Shown: positions 37,390 to 46,173 of the stretch, piece after piece
How the letters are laid out: each line of letters opens with the position of its first letter
How positions within the stretch are numbered: the first letter of the stretch is position 1
DNA from: an uncultured Gammaproteobacteria bacterium
GTDB taxonomy: Bacteria; Patescibacteriota; Microgenomatia; UBA8517
Length of the DNA stretch: 59,588 nt
Assembly: GCA_964541395.1 (NCBI GenBank)
Contig: CAZIPM010000001.1
Coordinates: 69,833-129,420 of the forward strand
Direction: 5' to 3'
Notes under the pieces: model-generated
What the model saw: only the letters and a program-made list of their open reading frames with translations
Database searches by the model: none
What the model was told of the DNA's origin: nothing
Program-made: the position numbers and the translations under genes

Positions 37390-38320
37390 GCGTTAAGACA
37401 AAACTTTCCCCCATTCCCAATTTATCTATAATTCTGTTTATGCTTAAAAATTTTTGAATCAGGGGTAAAAACCTTGAAACCGGTTTATCATTACCTGCAG
37501 ATGAGCCTCCGTCCCACATTTTATCCCTTTGTCCAACCTTGATATTATTTAAATAAGATCTTAATTGGAGAATTGTCCATAGATTAGGAGTCACAGTTTT
37601 TAAAGATTTTACCTTAAATCCTGTTTTTTGAGCCATTAAAAGTACTGACTTTTTATTAAAATGATTAAGATGATACGGAATGTGCCAATGCAACCAATTT
37701 CTACCCCATATTTTTAAGAATAGTGCATCAGTATTGGGAAAGCTTAAAATAATTTTACCCCCAGTTTTTAATAGTTTTTTCCCTTTCAATAGGAACTTGA
37801 TCGGTTCTGGTTCGTGCTCCAATACCTGTGATGCAGTAATTAAATCAAAGAAATTATCATTAAATTTAGTATTATGAATAGTTCCTAGTTGGAATTTTAG
37901 TTTAAGCTTTTTAGCTACATTTTCGGAATTTCTATCAACATCGATACCATATGCCTTGCCACCTAGATTACGAATTTCAAGAAGAGATTGACATGTTCCG
38001 CAGCCAACATCTAAGACTCTCTGACCCTTTTTTGTTTGGAAGTGACAAGTTGTTTCCCAACCATTCTTGTAAATTTCTTTTATCGACGGGATATTGTTTG
38101 CATACTTTTTGACTGCTTCAATATCAGAGTCTCTTTTTGGATAATACGCTGTATAAATCTTTGTTAGTTTTGCTGTTGAAAGTTGAGGATTAGTTTGCAT
38201 GAAGCCGCAATTTATACATTTGTTAATTTTAAATTCACCTGGGTAACCATGTCTGTTGTCAAATAGTCCAGTAAAAACCCTCGTTGTAGAAGAGTTGCAG
38301 ATTTTACATTTATATAGCAT
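37376..38320 (-). CDS. Class I SAM methyltransferase with N-terminal CxxC...CxxC Zn-ribbon
   Basis: CKIC...CINCG, VLDVGCGT, VLEH, FPN, P.HLNHF; start set at ATG 38320. Confidence 0.85.
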   Translation of the reverse strand: MLYKCKICNSSTTRVFTGLFDNRHGYPGEFKINKCINCGFMQTNPQLSTAKLTKIYTAYYPKRDSDIEAVKKYANNIPSIKEIYKNGWETTCHFQTKKGQRVLDVGCGTCQSLLEIRNLGGKAYGIDVDRNSENVAKKLKLKFQLGTIHNTKFNDNFFDLITASQVLEHEPEPIKFLLKGKKLLKTGGKIILSFPNTDALFLKIWGRNWLHWHIPYHLNHFNKKSVLLMAQKTGFKVKSLKTVTPNLWTILQLRSYLNNIKVGQRDKMWDGGSSAGNDKPVSRFLPLIQKFLSINRIIDKLGMGESFVLTLTNK

Positions 38321-38371
38321 ACTCAAGTGAATTAAAAGGTAAGTATAGGTTATATAAGTAAAATACAAAAT

Positions 38372-39355
38372 ATGAAAAACAAAATAAAAAGTAGAGACGT
38401 CTTTTTAACTGTAACTTTTGCTATCAATAATTGGGACAATAACACCCTTAAATACATAATTAACTTGCATAGACTTCTTACTAAAAACTTTACATACTTT
38501 GAAATACTAATATTTGATAATGGAAGTCGGCAATTTGAGAATATTTTACTAAAGATTCATAACCATCTAAATAATCTTAGATTAATACTTTTATCGCAAA
38601 CATATTCGAATGAAATTGTATATTCTGCCATGATGGAAAATTCCTTGGGAGATTATGTCTGCGTTCTTCAACCTGATCTATATAATACAAAAGTTGTAAT
38701 GCATCTTTTTAATAAAGCAGTTGAAGGTTCAGATATTGTTAAGATAGATATTAAACGTACAAAATTTAATAGTTTACTTCAAAAATTATCATATAAGACT
38801 ATGTCAATTGTTTTTAACGAAGTTTTAAAAACTTCATTTATTCCCGAATTACCATTCTGTGGGATATTAAGCAAAATGGCTGTAAATACAATTATTAAAC
38901 TTAAAAGTAAGAAAAAATTTTTACGATACTCAAATTATTTAATAGGTCTTTCTGTTGAAAATATCAGTTATCCAAAAAATAAAAAATTTAAGATAACTCC
39001 CCCATCCTCAATGGAATTATTAATTTCGGGATTAGATTTTCTTGTTTCTAACTCTAAAATTCTCTTAAGAATTTCTACATATTTAGGCCTGGTAGCAAGT
39101 TTATTGAGTTTTCTTTTTTTACTTTATGTAGTTGTAGTAAGTTTAATTAAGAACCAGATTATAGAGGGTTGGGTTACTTCCTCTTTAGTCATGGGATCTC
39201 TATTTCTAATTATGTTTTTAATATTAACAATATTATCTGAATATGTTGCAAGAATTTTATCTGAATCAAAAAACGATCCGGTTTACTTTATTGCTAAAGA
39301 TGTGTCCAGTCTATTGATAAATAAAAAGAATAAACGTAAGCTTAACGTAGTCTAA
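38372..39355 (+). CDS. GtrB/ArnC-like GT2 membrane protein with degenerate catalytic motifs
   Basis: FEILIFDNGS, GDYV, two C-terminal TM, EGW.S, LSEYVARI..E....P.Y; QPD in place of DxD. Confidence 0.75.
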   Translation: MKNKIKSRDVFLTVTFAINNWDNNTLKYIINLHRLLTKNFTYFEILIFDNGSRQFENILLKIHNHLNNLRLILLSQTYSNEIVYSAMMENSLGDYVCVLQPDLYNTKVVMHLFNKAVEGSDIVKIDIKRTKFNSLLQKLSYKTMSIVFNEVLKTSFIPELPFCGILSKMAVNTIIKLKSKKKFLRYSNYLIGLSVENISYPKNKKFKITPPSSMELLISGLDFLVSNSKILLRISTYLGLVASLLSFLFLLYVVVVSLIKNQIIEGWVTSSLVMGSLFLIMFLILTILSEYVARILSESKNDPVYFIAKDVSSLLINKKNKRKLNVV

Positions 39356-39356
39356 T

Positions 39357-40139
39357 ATGAAAGATGCATTAATAGGTTTTACAGGTTTTGTTGGTAGTAA
39401 CATAAACAACTACCATAACTTTAAATATAAATATAATTCTAAAAATATAAATGAAATTAAAAACAAAAGTTTTAACTTAATTGTCTGTGCAGGTGCACCT
39501 GCAGAAAAATGGAAAGCGAACCAAAACCCATCTGATGATCTTAATAACATCAACCGTTTAATCAGAAAATTAGATACAATATCTGCCAATAAATTTATTT
39601 TAATTTCAACAGTTGATGTTTACCCAGTTACATTTGGTGTAAATGAGAATACTGAAATTCAAGAATCAAGTCTTCATGCATATGGGAAACACAGATATAA
39701 ACTTGAGAAGTTTGTAATGAATAAATTTAATAATCATTTAATAATTAGATTACCGGGACTTTTTGGACGAGGAATTAAGAAAAATATAATCTACGATCTC
39801 TTATACAATAACGCCTTGGATTATACACATCAAAATAGTATTTTTCAGTTTTATGGGCTGGATAATCTCTGGAATGATATTCAAATCATAAAGAATAAAG
39901 AAATTAATTTAATAAATTTTTCGACGGAACCGATTAGAGTTAGTGATTTGGCAAAAAAATGCTTTGGAATAAAATTTGCAAACAAAACTATAAATATACC
40001 TGTTAAATATGATATTAAAACAAAATACGATAAATTATTTGGCAAATCAAATGGTTATATAATTGATAAGAAAGATGTTATAAAACAAATCAAATTATTT
40101 GTTACAAATTACAAGGAAGAAAATAAATGGATCATTTAG
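39357..40139 (+). CDS. NAD-dependent epimerase/reductase-like protein
   Basis: ALIGFTGFVGSN, KWKAN, LISTVDVY, YGKHR..LE, RLPGLFG.G.KKN..YD. Confidence 0.8.
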   Translation: MKDALIGFTGFVGSNINNYHNFKYKYNSKNINEIKNKSFNLIVCAGAPAEKWKANQNPSDDLNNINRLIRKLDTISANKFILISTVDVYPVTFGVNENTEIQESSLHAYGKHRYKLEKFVMNKFNNHLIIRLPGLFGRGIKKNIIYDLLYNNALDYTHQNSIFQFYGLDNLWNDIQIIKNKEINLINFSTEPIRVSDLAKKCFGIKFANKTINIPVKYDIKTKYDKLFGKSNGYIIDKKDVIKQIKLFVTNYKEENKWII

Positions 40140-40933
40140 CAGTCTCAAATTTAGCCTGGGATAAGTCTCAAGATAATGACGTTGCACTATTAATGAATAA
40201 ATATGGCTTTGGAGGATTGGAGTTAGCACCAACAAAAGTATGGGATAAACCTGAAGATATAACTGCTAAGGAAATTGAAATGTATAAGTTGTATTGGAAT
40301 AAAAAAGGTATCGAAATTGTATCAATGCAGTCGTTATTGTATGGTCATCCAGAGTTTGTTATGTTCGAGTCTGAAGATATGCGAGTGAACACTCTCGATT
40401 ATCTAAGAAAAATAATTTCTCTCGCTTCAAAACTTGGATGTCACACTTTAGTTTTTGGTTCACCAAAAAATCGATTTATTGGTAAACAAAATACAAGTTT
40501 GGTTTATGAAATTGCTAGAAATTTCTTTTTTGATTTAGCAGAACACTCAAAAAGTGAAAACATTATTTTTTGTCTTGAACCGGTACCAGTAAATTATGGG
40601 GCAGATTTTATTAATACCCATTCCGAAGCACTTACTTTTATAAAATCTATAAATCATCCAAACTTGAGGGTAAATATTGATACATCTACCCTATTTGTTA
40701 ATGGTGAAGATCCAAACAAATTATTTATTAGTGAAAATATGAAATATTTTGGGCACATGCATATAAGCGAGCCAAAACTACAATTATTACAATTTGCAAA
40801 ATACGATCATAAAACGGTAGCAAATCTATTAAAAATATTAAGATATAACAAGTGGAAATCTATTGAAATTATGAATAATCGTTTGGCAAGGCTTGAAAAA
40901 GTATTTAAACAGGTAAAAACCTACTATGGTTAA
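40127..40933 (+). CDS. Sugar-phosphate isomerase/epimerase (xylose isomerase-like TIM barrel)
   Basis: SNLAW, GLELAP, SMQSLL, LVFGSPKNR, CLEP, D, HMHISEP, SIE metal-ligand pattern. Confidence 0.8.
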   Translation: MDHLAVSNLAWDKSQDNDVALLMNKYGFGGLELAPTKVWDKPEDITAKEIEMYKLYWNKKGIEIVSMQSLLYGHPEFVMFESEDMRVNTLDYLRKIISLASKLGCHTLVFGSPKNRFIGKQNTSLVYEIARNFFFDLAEHSKSENIIFCLEPVPVNYGADFINTHSEALTFIKSINHPNLRVNIDTSTLFVNGEDPNKLFISENMKYFGHMHISEPKLQLLQFAKYDHKTVANLLKILRYNKWKSIEIMNNRLARLEKVFKQVKTYYG

Positions 40934-41711
40934 AAGATATTATCCAGAAATCCCGAAATATAATCTAATTGAGATAACCAATAAAAAGAATAATTATTGT
41001 ATCTGTGTTCCCGTCATCAACGAGGGACAAAAGTTTAAAAATTTCCTAGGTAAATTAAAGAAATATTCAAATATAGTTGATATATTAATATTAGATGGTG
41101 GAAGTACAGACGATTCCGTAAATTTAAAATTTTTACGAAAAAATAAAGTCTCGGCTCTCTTAGTTCTTAATCAGAGTGGAAAATTAAGCGCACAGCTCAG
41201 GATGGGTTACTACTATTCATTGAAACGTAAATACAAGGGAATACTTACAATTGACGGTAATGGAAAAGATGATCCGATTGCAATCCCTCAGTTTATAAAA
41301 GAACTTTCGAATGGGTATGATTATCTTCAAGGCTCGAGGTTTTTAAATCAAGGTAAAGGGATTAACACCCCAATTATTAGGTATCTGGCAATAAGACTTT
41401 TACATGCACCCATTCTTAGTCTTACTTCAGGTTTTTGGTATACAGATACTACGCCTGGATATCGTGGATATAGTAATAAACTTCTTAATAGCGATAGACT
41501 AAAAATTTTTAGAGATATGTTTTATTCGTATGAGCTTTTAGCTTATATATCTGCTCAAGCTCCCAGGTTGGGTTATAAGACCAAAGAGATTCCCATAATC
41601 AGAAGTTACCCCAAAACAGGAAGGATTCCAACTAAAATAAAAGGAATTAAAGGTGAAATTGATTTGTTTGTTACATTATTAAAGTCTGTTTTTGGATATT
41701 TTAATGCGTAA
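40926..41711 (+). CDS. GT2, polyprenol-phosphate glycosyltransferase (DPM1-like, soluble)
   Basis: VPVINEG, DGGSTD, KLSAQLRMG, IDGNGKD, QGSRF, TDTT.GYR, YELLAY. Confidence 0.85.
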   Translation: MVKRYYPEIPKYNLIEITNKKNNYCICVPVINEGQKFKNFLGKLKKYSNIVDILILDGGSTDDSVNLKFLRKNKVSALLVLNQSGKLSAQLRMGYYYSLKRKYKGILTIDGNGKDDPIAIPQFIKELSNGYDYLQGSRFLNQGKGINTPIIRYLAIRLLHAPILSLTSGFWYTDTTPGYRGYSNKLLNSDRLKIFRDMFYSYELLAYISAQAPRLGYKTKEIPIIRSYPKTGRIPTKIKGIKGEIDLFVTLLKSVFGYFNA

Positions 41712-42804
41712 AATCAATTTTAGTTAAAGCGTTTAAAATATCATAAATATTGTCAATTTTTCCTCCCAATACTAGATAAAGGTTATTAAATACATAATCT
41801 TTTTTGAATAAAATTGGTCTTCCATCATCTATTTCGTTTAGAGGTAATAAAGTTTTAACTTCATAGATTGACTTTAAATATTTCGAATCATTAAGTAAAG
41901 GTATAAATCTAGATGCATCGGCGATCATAAATTTGTAATTAGATTTAGGTTTTAATTTAGATAACAATTCGTGTGGATTTTTATAGATTTCTTTATCTTC
42001 CCATGAATAAAGTGGCGTATACCTGACGTGACTTAGACTATGCCCTTTTAATGCTGGAAATGGCATTGTAGAAAAAAACGGTCCATCCATTACAGTTATT
42101 CCCAAATTTATTAATTGATCAGGAACTTTAATTAAAGCAATTTCGGCAACTTCATGTTTTAATTCGATTAATGGCAAAATAGACCGTTTTAATAAAGTAT
42201 TTATTTGTGAATATGCACAAATAAATAAATATTTAGAGTTGTAAATTTTTCCAGTAGATGTGGTTATATTAAAAACATTGTTTGGACCTTGTTTAAAATT
42301 GGTAATCTCAGAATTAAAGATTAGGTCAATGTTTGCATTTATGATTTTATTATATAACATGTCCCTTAAAACTAGGGAATTAAATGCATATTCCCTAACA
42401 ATAAATACATCTTCTGTCAGGTCTTTATTAAAAAGAGACTTAATGTTTTCTGGAGCGTTCTTGATTGGCGCGTCGATAAGTTTACAAAATTTAAAAAATT
42501 GATTTGAGTGAACCTTACTGTTTATTGAAGAAATTGCATAGACTTTTTTAAAACTCTTATCGATTGCTGAATCGAACTCTTTAATAAATTTTGCAGAATT
42601 TATTCTTGATCGAATGGCCGTAGTCAAACTTCTGGGATAGTGATACCCATTATGAATTCTGGCCTGATTTGCCAAAGATGCACGTTTAAGAAGGTTGTTT
42701 TCTTTTTCAACAATTGCGACCCTTTTTAATTGAGTTTTTAAATATAGAGCAATTAAGCACCCGTAAATTCCACCACCAATAATCAGCGCGTCATATTTTT
42801 TCAT
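41701..42804 (-). CDS. FAD-dependent oxidoreductase (DAO-like)
   Basis: IIGGGIYG, AS.ANQARIHNGYHYPRS, TVMDGPFFS.MPF, LSHVRYTP, DDGRP, GGKID. Confidence 0.85.
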   Translation of the reverse strand: MKKYDALIIGGGIYGCLIALYLKTQLKRVAIVEKENNLLKRASLANQARIHNGYHYPRSLTTAIRSRINSAKFIKEFDSAIDKSFKKVYAISSINSKVHSNQFFKFCKLIDAPIKNAPENIKSLFNKDLTEDVFIVREYAFNSLVLRDMLYNKIINANIDLIFNSEITNFKQGPNNVFNITTSTGKIYNSKYLFICAYSQINTLLKRSILPLIELKHEVAEIALIKVPDQLINLGITVMDGPFFSTMPFPALKGHSLSHVRYTPLYSWEDKEIYKNPHELLSKLKPKSNYKFMIADASRFIPLLNDSKYLKSIYEVKTLLPLNEIDDGRPILFKKDYVFNNLYLVLGGKIDNIYDILNALTKIDFTH

Positions 42805-44518
42805 TCTTCACATGAGATAGTACTTGAATACCATAGCCCGTACAAGAGGATGGTTCAAACTGACTTAGACATCCAAAATTTGCCACTTTTGAATAGTTTG
42901 AATTAATCCAATTATAAATATTTTTATAATAGTCCATACCAAAAATACCTATAAAATCGTAATTTGAAACAGTGATTACATCAGGCATTTTTTCCTGAAG
43001 ATTTTCTATAACTTTATACTCATCCGATGGTGATATGATTCCATTTACATATTGATCATAATAAGTAAGGTTTGGAAGACCAGAAAAATAATTAATAGAT
43101 GCTTCCATCGGGAAAGCTGTTAAGGTCTTTGCACCCTCTAAGCTGTTTTTTATATAATCCGTAGTTTGCAGCAATATATCATTTGTTGATTTATCTTGAG
43201 TAATAAAATTTCCATTATCGGTAATGATAGTTTTATTAAGACCGCTAAACTGTGCTAAATTTAAATATTGAATTTCTTTAACACACAATATAGTTAAAAT
43301 TACAGTAATGCCCACAACCATTAGATTATTGTTAAGGTGAAACATACCTCTTTTGAAATTTGAGACGGTTAATAAACTTGCTAGTATTGCTATTAGCAAA
43401 TAAATAAAATCAACAGCACTTACGGCTAATTTATTTCTTAAATTTAAGACCGACTCAAATATAATTATTAAAGCAATAGGCCAGTACCTCGATAAACTTT
43501 TTGGAATTAGAAAAATCATTAAAAGTATTGCAATTATTGATAGTAAATATAAAGACTGGTAAAAACCAAACAAATATAATTCTGGTACATAAGTATAATT
43601 AAGAATTATTATGAAAAGTAAAGTTATTAAGACTTTTACTGCTTTTGAAATAATAAATTTACCAATTTTATCAAGTGATATGATAAGAAGATAGATTATT
43701 ACTGAAAAATTAATTATTAAACTTTGAATATACATGCTTACATTGTAAAAAGATCTGTTGTTAAACCAAAAACTTGACGAATAAGAAGGAAGTATGTTGT
43801 TTTGCAATGTATCTATGCTTATTTTGTTGAAGTGCATTAGATAAACGAGAAATGGAATAACAGGTATGATTAATCCAAGAACATATTTGAAAATTGTTGA
43901 CAAAAATGTCTTGTGAAATATCCTAAAATTTAAATGCGTGAAAAAGGTAATCGCAACAAATGAAGCAAGAAAATAGTCCACTTTGGTTATTAGAAGAAGA
44001 CCCAGAAGTAAACCTACGAAGATACCATTTACGCCCCTTTTTTTATCAATCAAGTGATAAATTAGCATTACAGAAAATAGATTTCCCCATAAAGTGGCAT
44101 ATTTTCCTGGAAGAATCATCGATTGCCATATATATCCAAACATGCTTACTTTCATGTAAATAATGGTTATTAAAACAGATATTAATGGTGGTAAGAACTT
44201 TCTAGATACTCTGAAAAATAAAGTTATCGTGATTAAGCTGATGATTATGCTTTCCATAAGAGGTACTGTGATTGAAGTTCCAAAAATAATGTATAGTAAT
44301 GATTTAAAATATATAGTAAATGGTCCATATAACCAATGAAAATCTTTATATGGTATTTGGTGATTTAATATTCTTATTGGAACAGAAAGTTCTCTTCCCA
44401 AGTCTCCAATAAAAAATCCGTAAGATTTAATATGGCTACTTAATTCTCCAATAAAATAAATAAGAACAGCTATAATTGAATACTTATTTAAGAATTTAAA
44501 AAAAGAGTCTTTTTTTTT
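42791..44518 (-). CDS. GT-C-type membrane glycosyltransferase; N-terminus lacks an in-frame canonical start (possible frameshift fusion to upstream gene)
   Basis: GDLGRE...PYKDFHWLYGP motif and many TM. The frame stays open upstream of TTG 44401 to 44572 and encodes a TM helix (YSIIAVLIYFIG) with no ATG/GTG/TTG. Confidence 0.7.
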   Translation of the reverse strand, partial: KKKDSFFKFLNKYSIIAVLIYFIGELSSHIKSYGFFIGDLGRELSVPIRILNHQIPYKDFHWLYGPFTIYFKSLLYIIFGTSITVPLMESIIISLITITLFFRVSRKFLPPLISVLITIIYMKVSMFGYIWQSMILPGKYATLWGNLFSVMLIYHLIDKKRGVNGIFVGLLLGLLLITKVDYFLASFVAITFFTHLNFRIFHKTFLSTIFKYVLGLIIPVIPFLVYLMHFNKISIDTLQNNILPSYSSSFWFNNRSFYNVSMYIQSLIINFSVIIYLLIISLDKIGKFIISKAVKVLITLLFIIILNYTYVPELYLFGFYQSLYLLSIIAILLMIFLIPKSLSRYWPIALIIIFESVLNLRNKLAVSAVDFIYLLIAILASLLTVSNFKRGMFHLNNNLMVVGITVILTILCVKEIQYLNLAQFSGLNKTIITDNGNFITQDKSTNDILLQTTDYIKNSLEGAKTLTAFPMEASINYFSGLPNLTYYDQYVNGIISPSDEYKVIENLQEKMPDVITVSNYDFIGIFGMDYYKNIYNWINSNYSKVANFGCLSQFEPSSCTGYGIQVLSHVKNEKI

Positions 44519-46173
44519 ACAATATTTAAAAACCTTTTGGTGGTAGTATTTTGTCTTAAGTAAATGGGAGCATTATGTTTCAGGAGTAAAAATTTCCGAT
44601 AAGCTGAATTTTGGTTGATGTAAATTGGAATGTTATGTATTAACAGTTTTAGACGGTAATAAAAGGGAAACGCGTGGTTAATAAACTTTAGAGAAATTTG
44701 AACTAAATTACTTAATATATACTTTCTGGGACAACATAATAAAGTAAATATCAGTTGGTCAATAATATTTAATTTTGACTTTCTACTAAATAGTAATTTG
44801 AACGCATTAAAAGGCCACAACCCTGTGTTTATTTGTCTCTCAATACCAGTTTCTTCTGCAAAATTGTATATAATTGCACGACTACTTACTATTAATTTTG
44901 ACCCCCACCTTTTAGCTCTGCAAAAGAATTCATAGTCGGAAATATAATGAGGCAATAGTCTGTAATTAAAATTACCAATATTATTAAATGTCTCAACAGG
45001 AACTAACGTACCTTTTCCAGGAAGGGTGTCCAACATTCTTATCACACCTTTATTTTTATAAAATCCAATCTTGTCAGAGATGTGGTTAGAAATTCCGTAG
45101 ATAGCTGAATTTTTCCAGTCTACAACAACTCCAGCATCTATTACTTTAGAATGATCAGAGGCGCTGACGATCAGTGATCCTACGATCGCATTCTCATTTT
45201 CACGACTTGCCCTAACTATATTGGTTATATACTTAGGTCCAAAATAACAGTCATTGTTCATTGTTAAGATATAATCAAATATTTCAGATGTCTCCAATGC
45301 CTTTTTAACTCCGATATTCATTGATTTGGTCCACCACCAGTCACCAGGTCCTTTAATAATATTGATTTCAGGATAATTGCTTTTTATGAATTTTGAAGTA
45401 CCGTCTGTTGAACCGTCATCGACAATAATTATCTCAATGTTTTTATAATTCTGTTTGGATAAAGACAATAAACATTTTTTAGTGAAAGATAGTCTATTGT
45501 GAACAGGGATAATCACAGATACTTTATTATATTTAATGTTATCTATGGCATATTTATAATTTTCTACATCTAATTTGCCGTTGTTCCCGGGTTTGAGTCC
45601 AAAAGATAGAGTGTGGTAATTAGATATCATCCTCAGCTTTTTCTTGGCAATTTTGTTCCAAACTTTATATACTCCTTTAAATTTTGTGTCTACATCATGG
45701 AATGCAACAATACCTCCCGGCTTAACCCAGGGAAAAAATAAATCAAAGTCTTTTTTAACGTCTTTATAAATATGAGAACCATCAATGAATAAAAAATCTA
45801 TTTTTTTGTTCCAACTTTTACCAAATTTGTCAGATAAACCTTGACATATTTCTATTTTATTTAATACTCCTGTTTTGCGTAGATTATGCTTGAACTCATT
45901 TAAATAACCTGAGCCCACAAATTGAACACCTTCAGAAAAATCTTCGTTGTTGCCGGAAAAAGTGTCTATAGCATATATTTTTGTATTTTTTTTTGATCCT
46001 AAAGCTAAGCATGCTGTTGATTTCCCTTTAAAACTGCCTATTTCAACAATTGTGGAATGATCTTCCAATGTTGAAGAAAGACTCATGAAGGCTCTTTCCT
46101 GTCCAGGAACAAGTAATCCTTCGATACCCATTACTTTATTTAGTTCATCTTTCCAACTCTTATAAATACTCAT
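44488..46173 (-). CDS. Methyltransferase (Methyltransf_24-like) + GT2 fusion protein
   Basis: VEIGSFKGKST, AIDTF, FIDGSH, GGIVAFHD; then VIIPVHNR, VDDGSTDGT, WWT..MN.G, MNND, PHY.SDY. ATGA overlap with wzt at 46170-46173. Confidence 0.85.
   Translation of the reverse strand: MSIYKSWKDELNKVMGIEGLLVPGQERAFMSLSSTLEDHSTIVEIGSFKGKSTACLALGSKKNTKIYAIDTFSGNNEDFSEGVQFVGSGYLNEFKHNLRKTGVLNKIEICQGLSDKFGKSWNKKIDFLFIDGSHIYKDVKKDFDLFFPWVKPGGIVAFHDVDTKFKGVYKVWNKIAKKKLRMISNYHTLSFGLKPGNNGKLDVENYKYAIDNIKYNKVSVIIPVHNRLSFTKKCLLSLSKQNYKNIEIIIVDDGSTDGTSKFIKSNYPEINIIKGPGDWWWTKSMNIGVKKALETSEIFDYILTMNNDCYFGPKYITNIVRASRENENAIVGSLIVSASDHSKVIDAGVVVDWKNSAIYGISNHISDKIGFYKNKGVIRMLDTLPGKGTLVPVETFNNIGNFNYRLLPHYISDYEFFCRAKRWGSKLIVSSRAIIYNFAEETGIERQINTGLWPFNAFKLLFSRKSKLNIIDQLIFTLLCCPRKYILSNLVQISLKFINHAFPFYYRLKLLIHNIPIYINQNSAYRKFLLLKHNAPIYLRQNTTTKRFLNIVKKKTLFLNS
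44497..44518 (-). other. A9 run plus two in-phase -1 slippery heptamers (A_AAA_AAG, T_TTT_TTA)
   Basis: Minus strand reads GTA AAA AAA AAG ACT CTT TTT TTA AAT TCT TAA; the -1 frame is the downstream GT-C frame. Confidence 0.55.
44545..44660 (-). repeat. Two-copy ~20-aa tandem repeat at C-terminus of MT-GT2 protein
   Basis: YRLKLLIHNIPIYINQNSA followed by YRKFLLLKHNAPIYLRQNTT. Confidence 0.65.
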
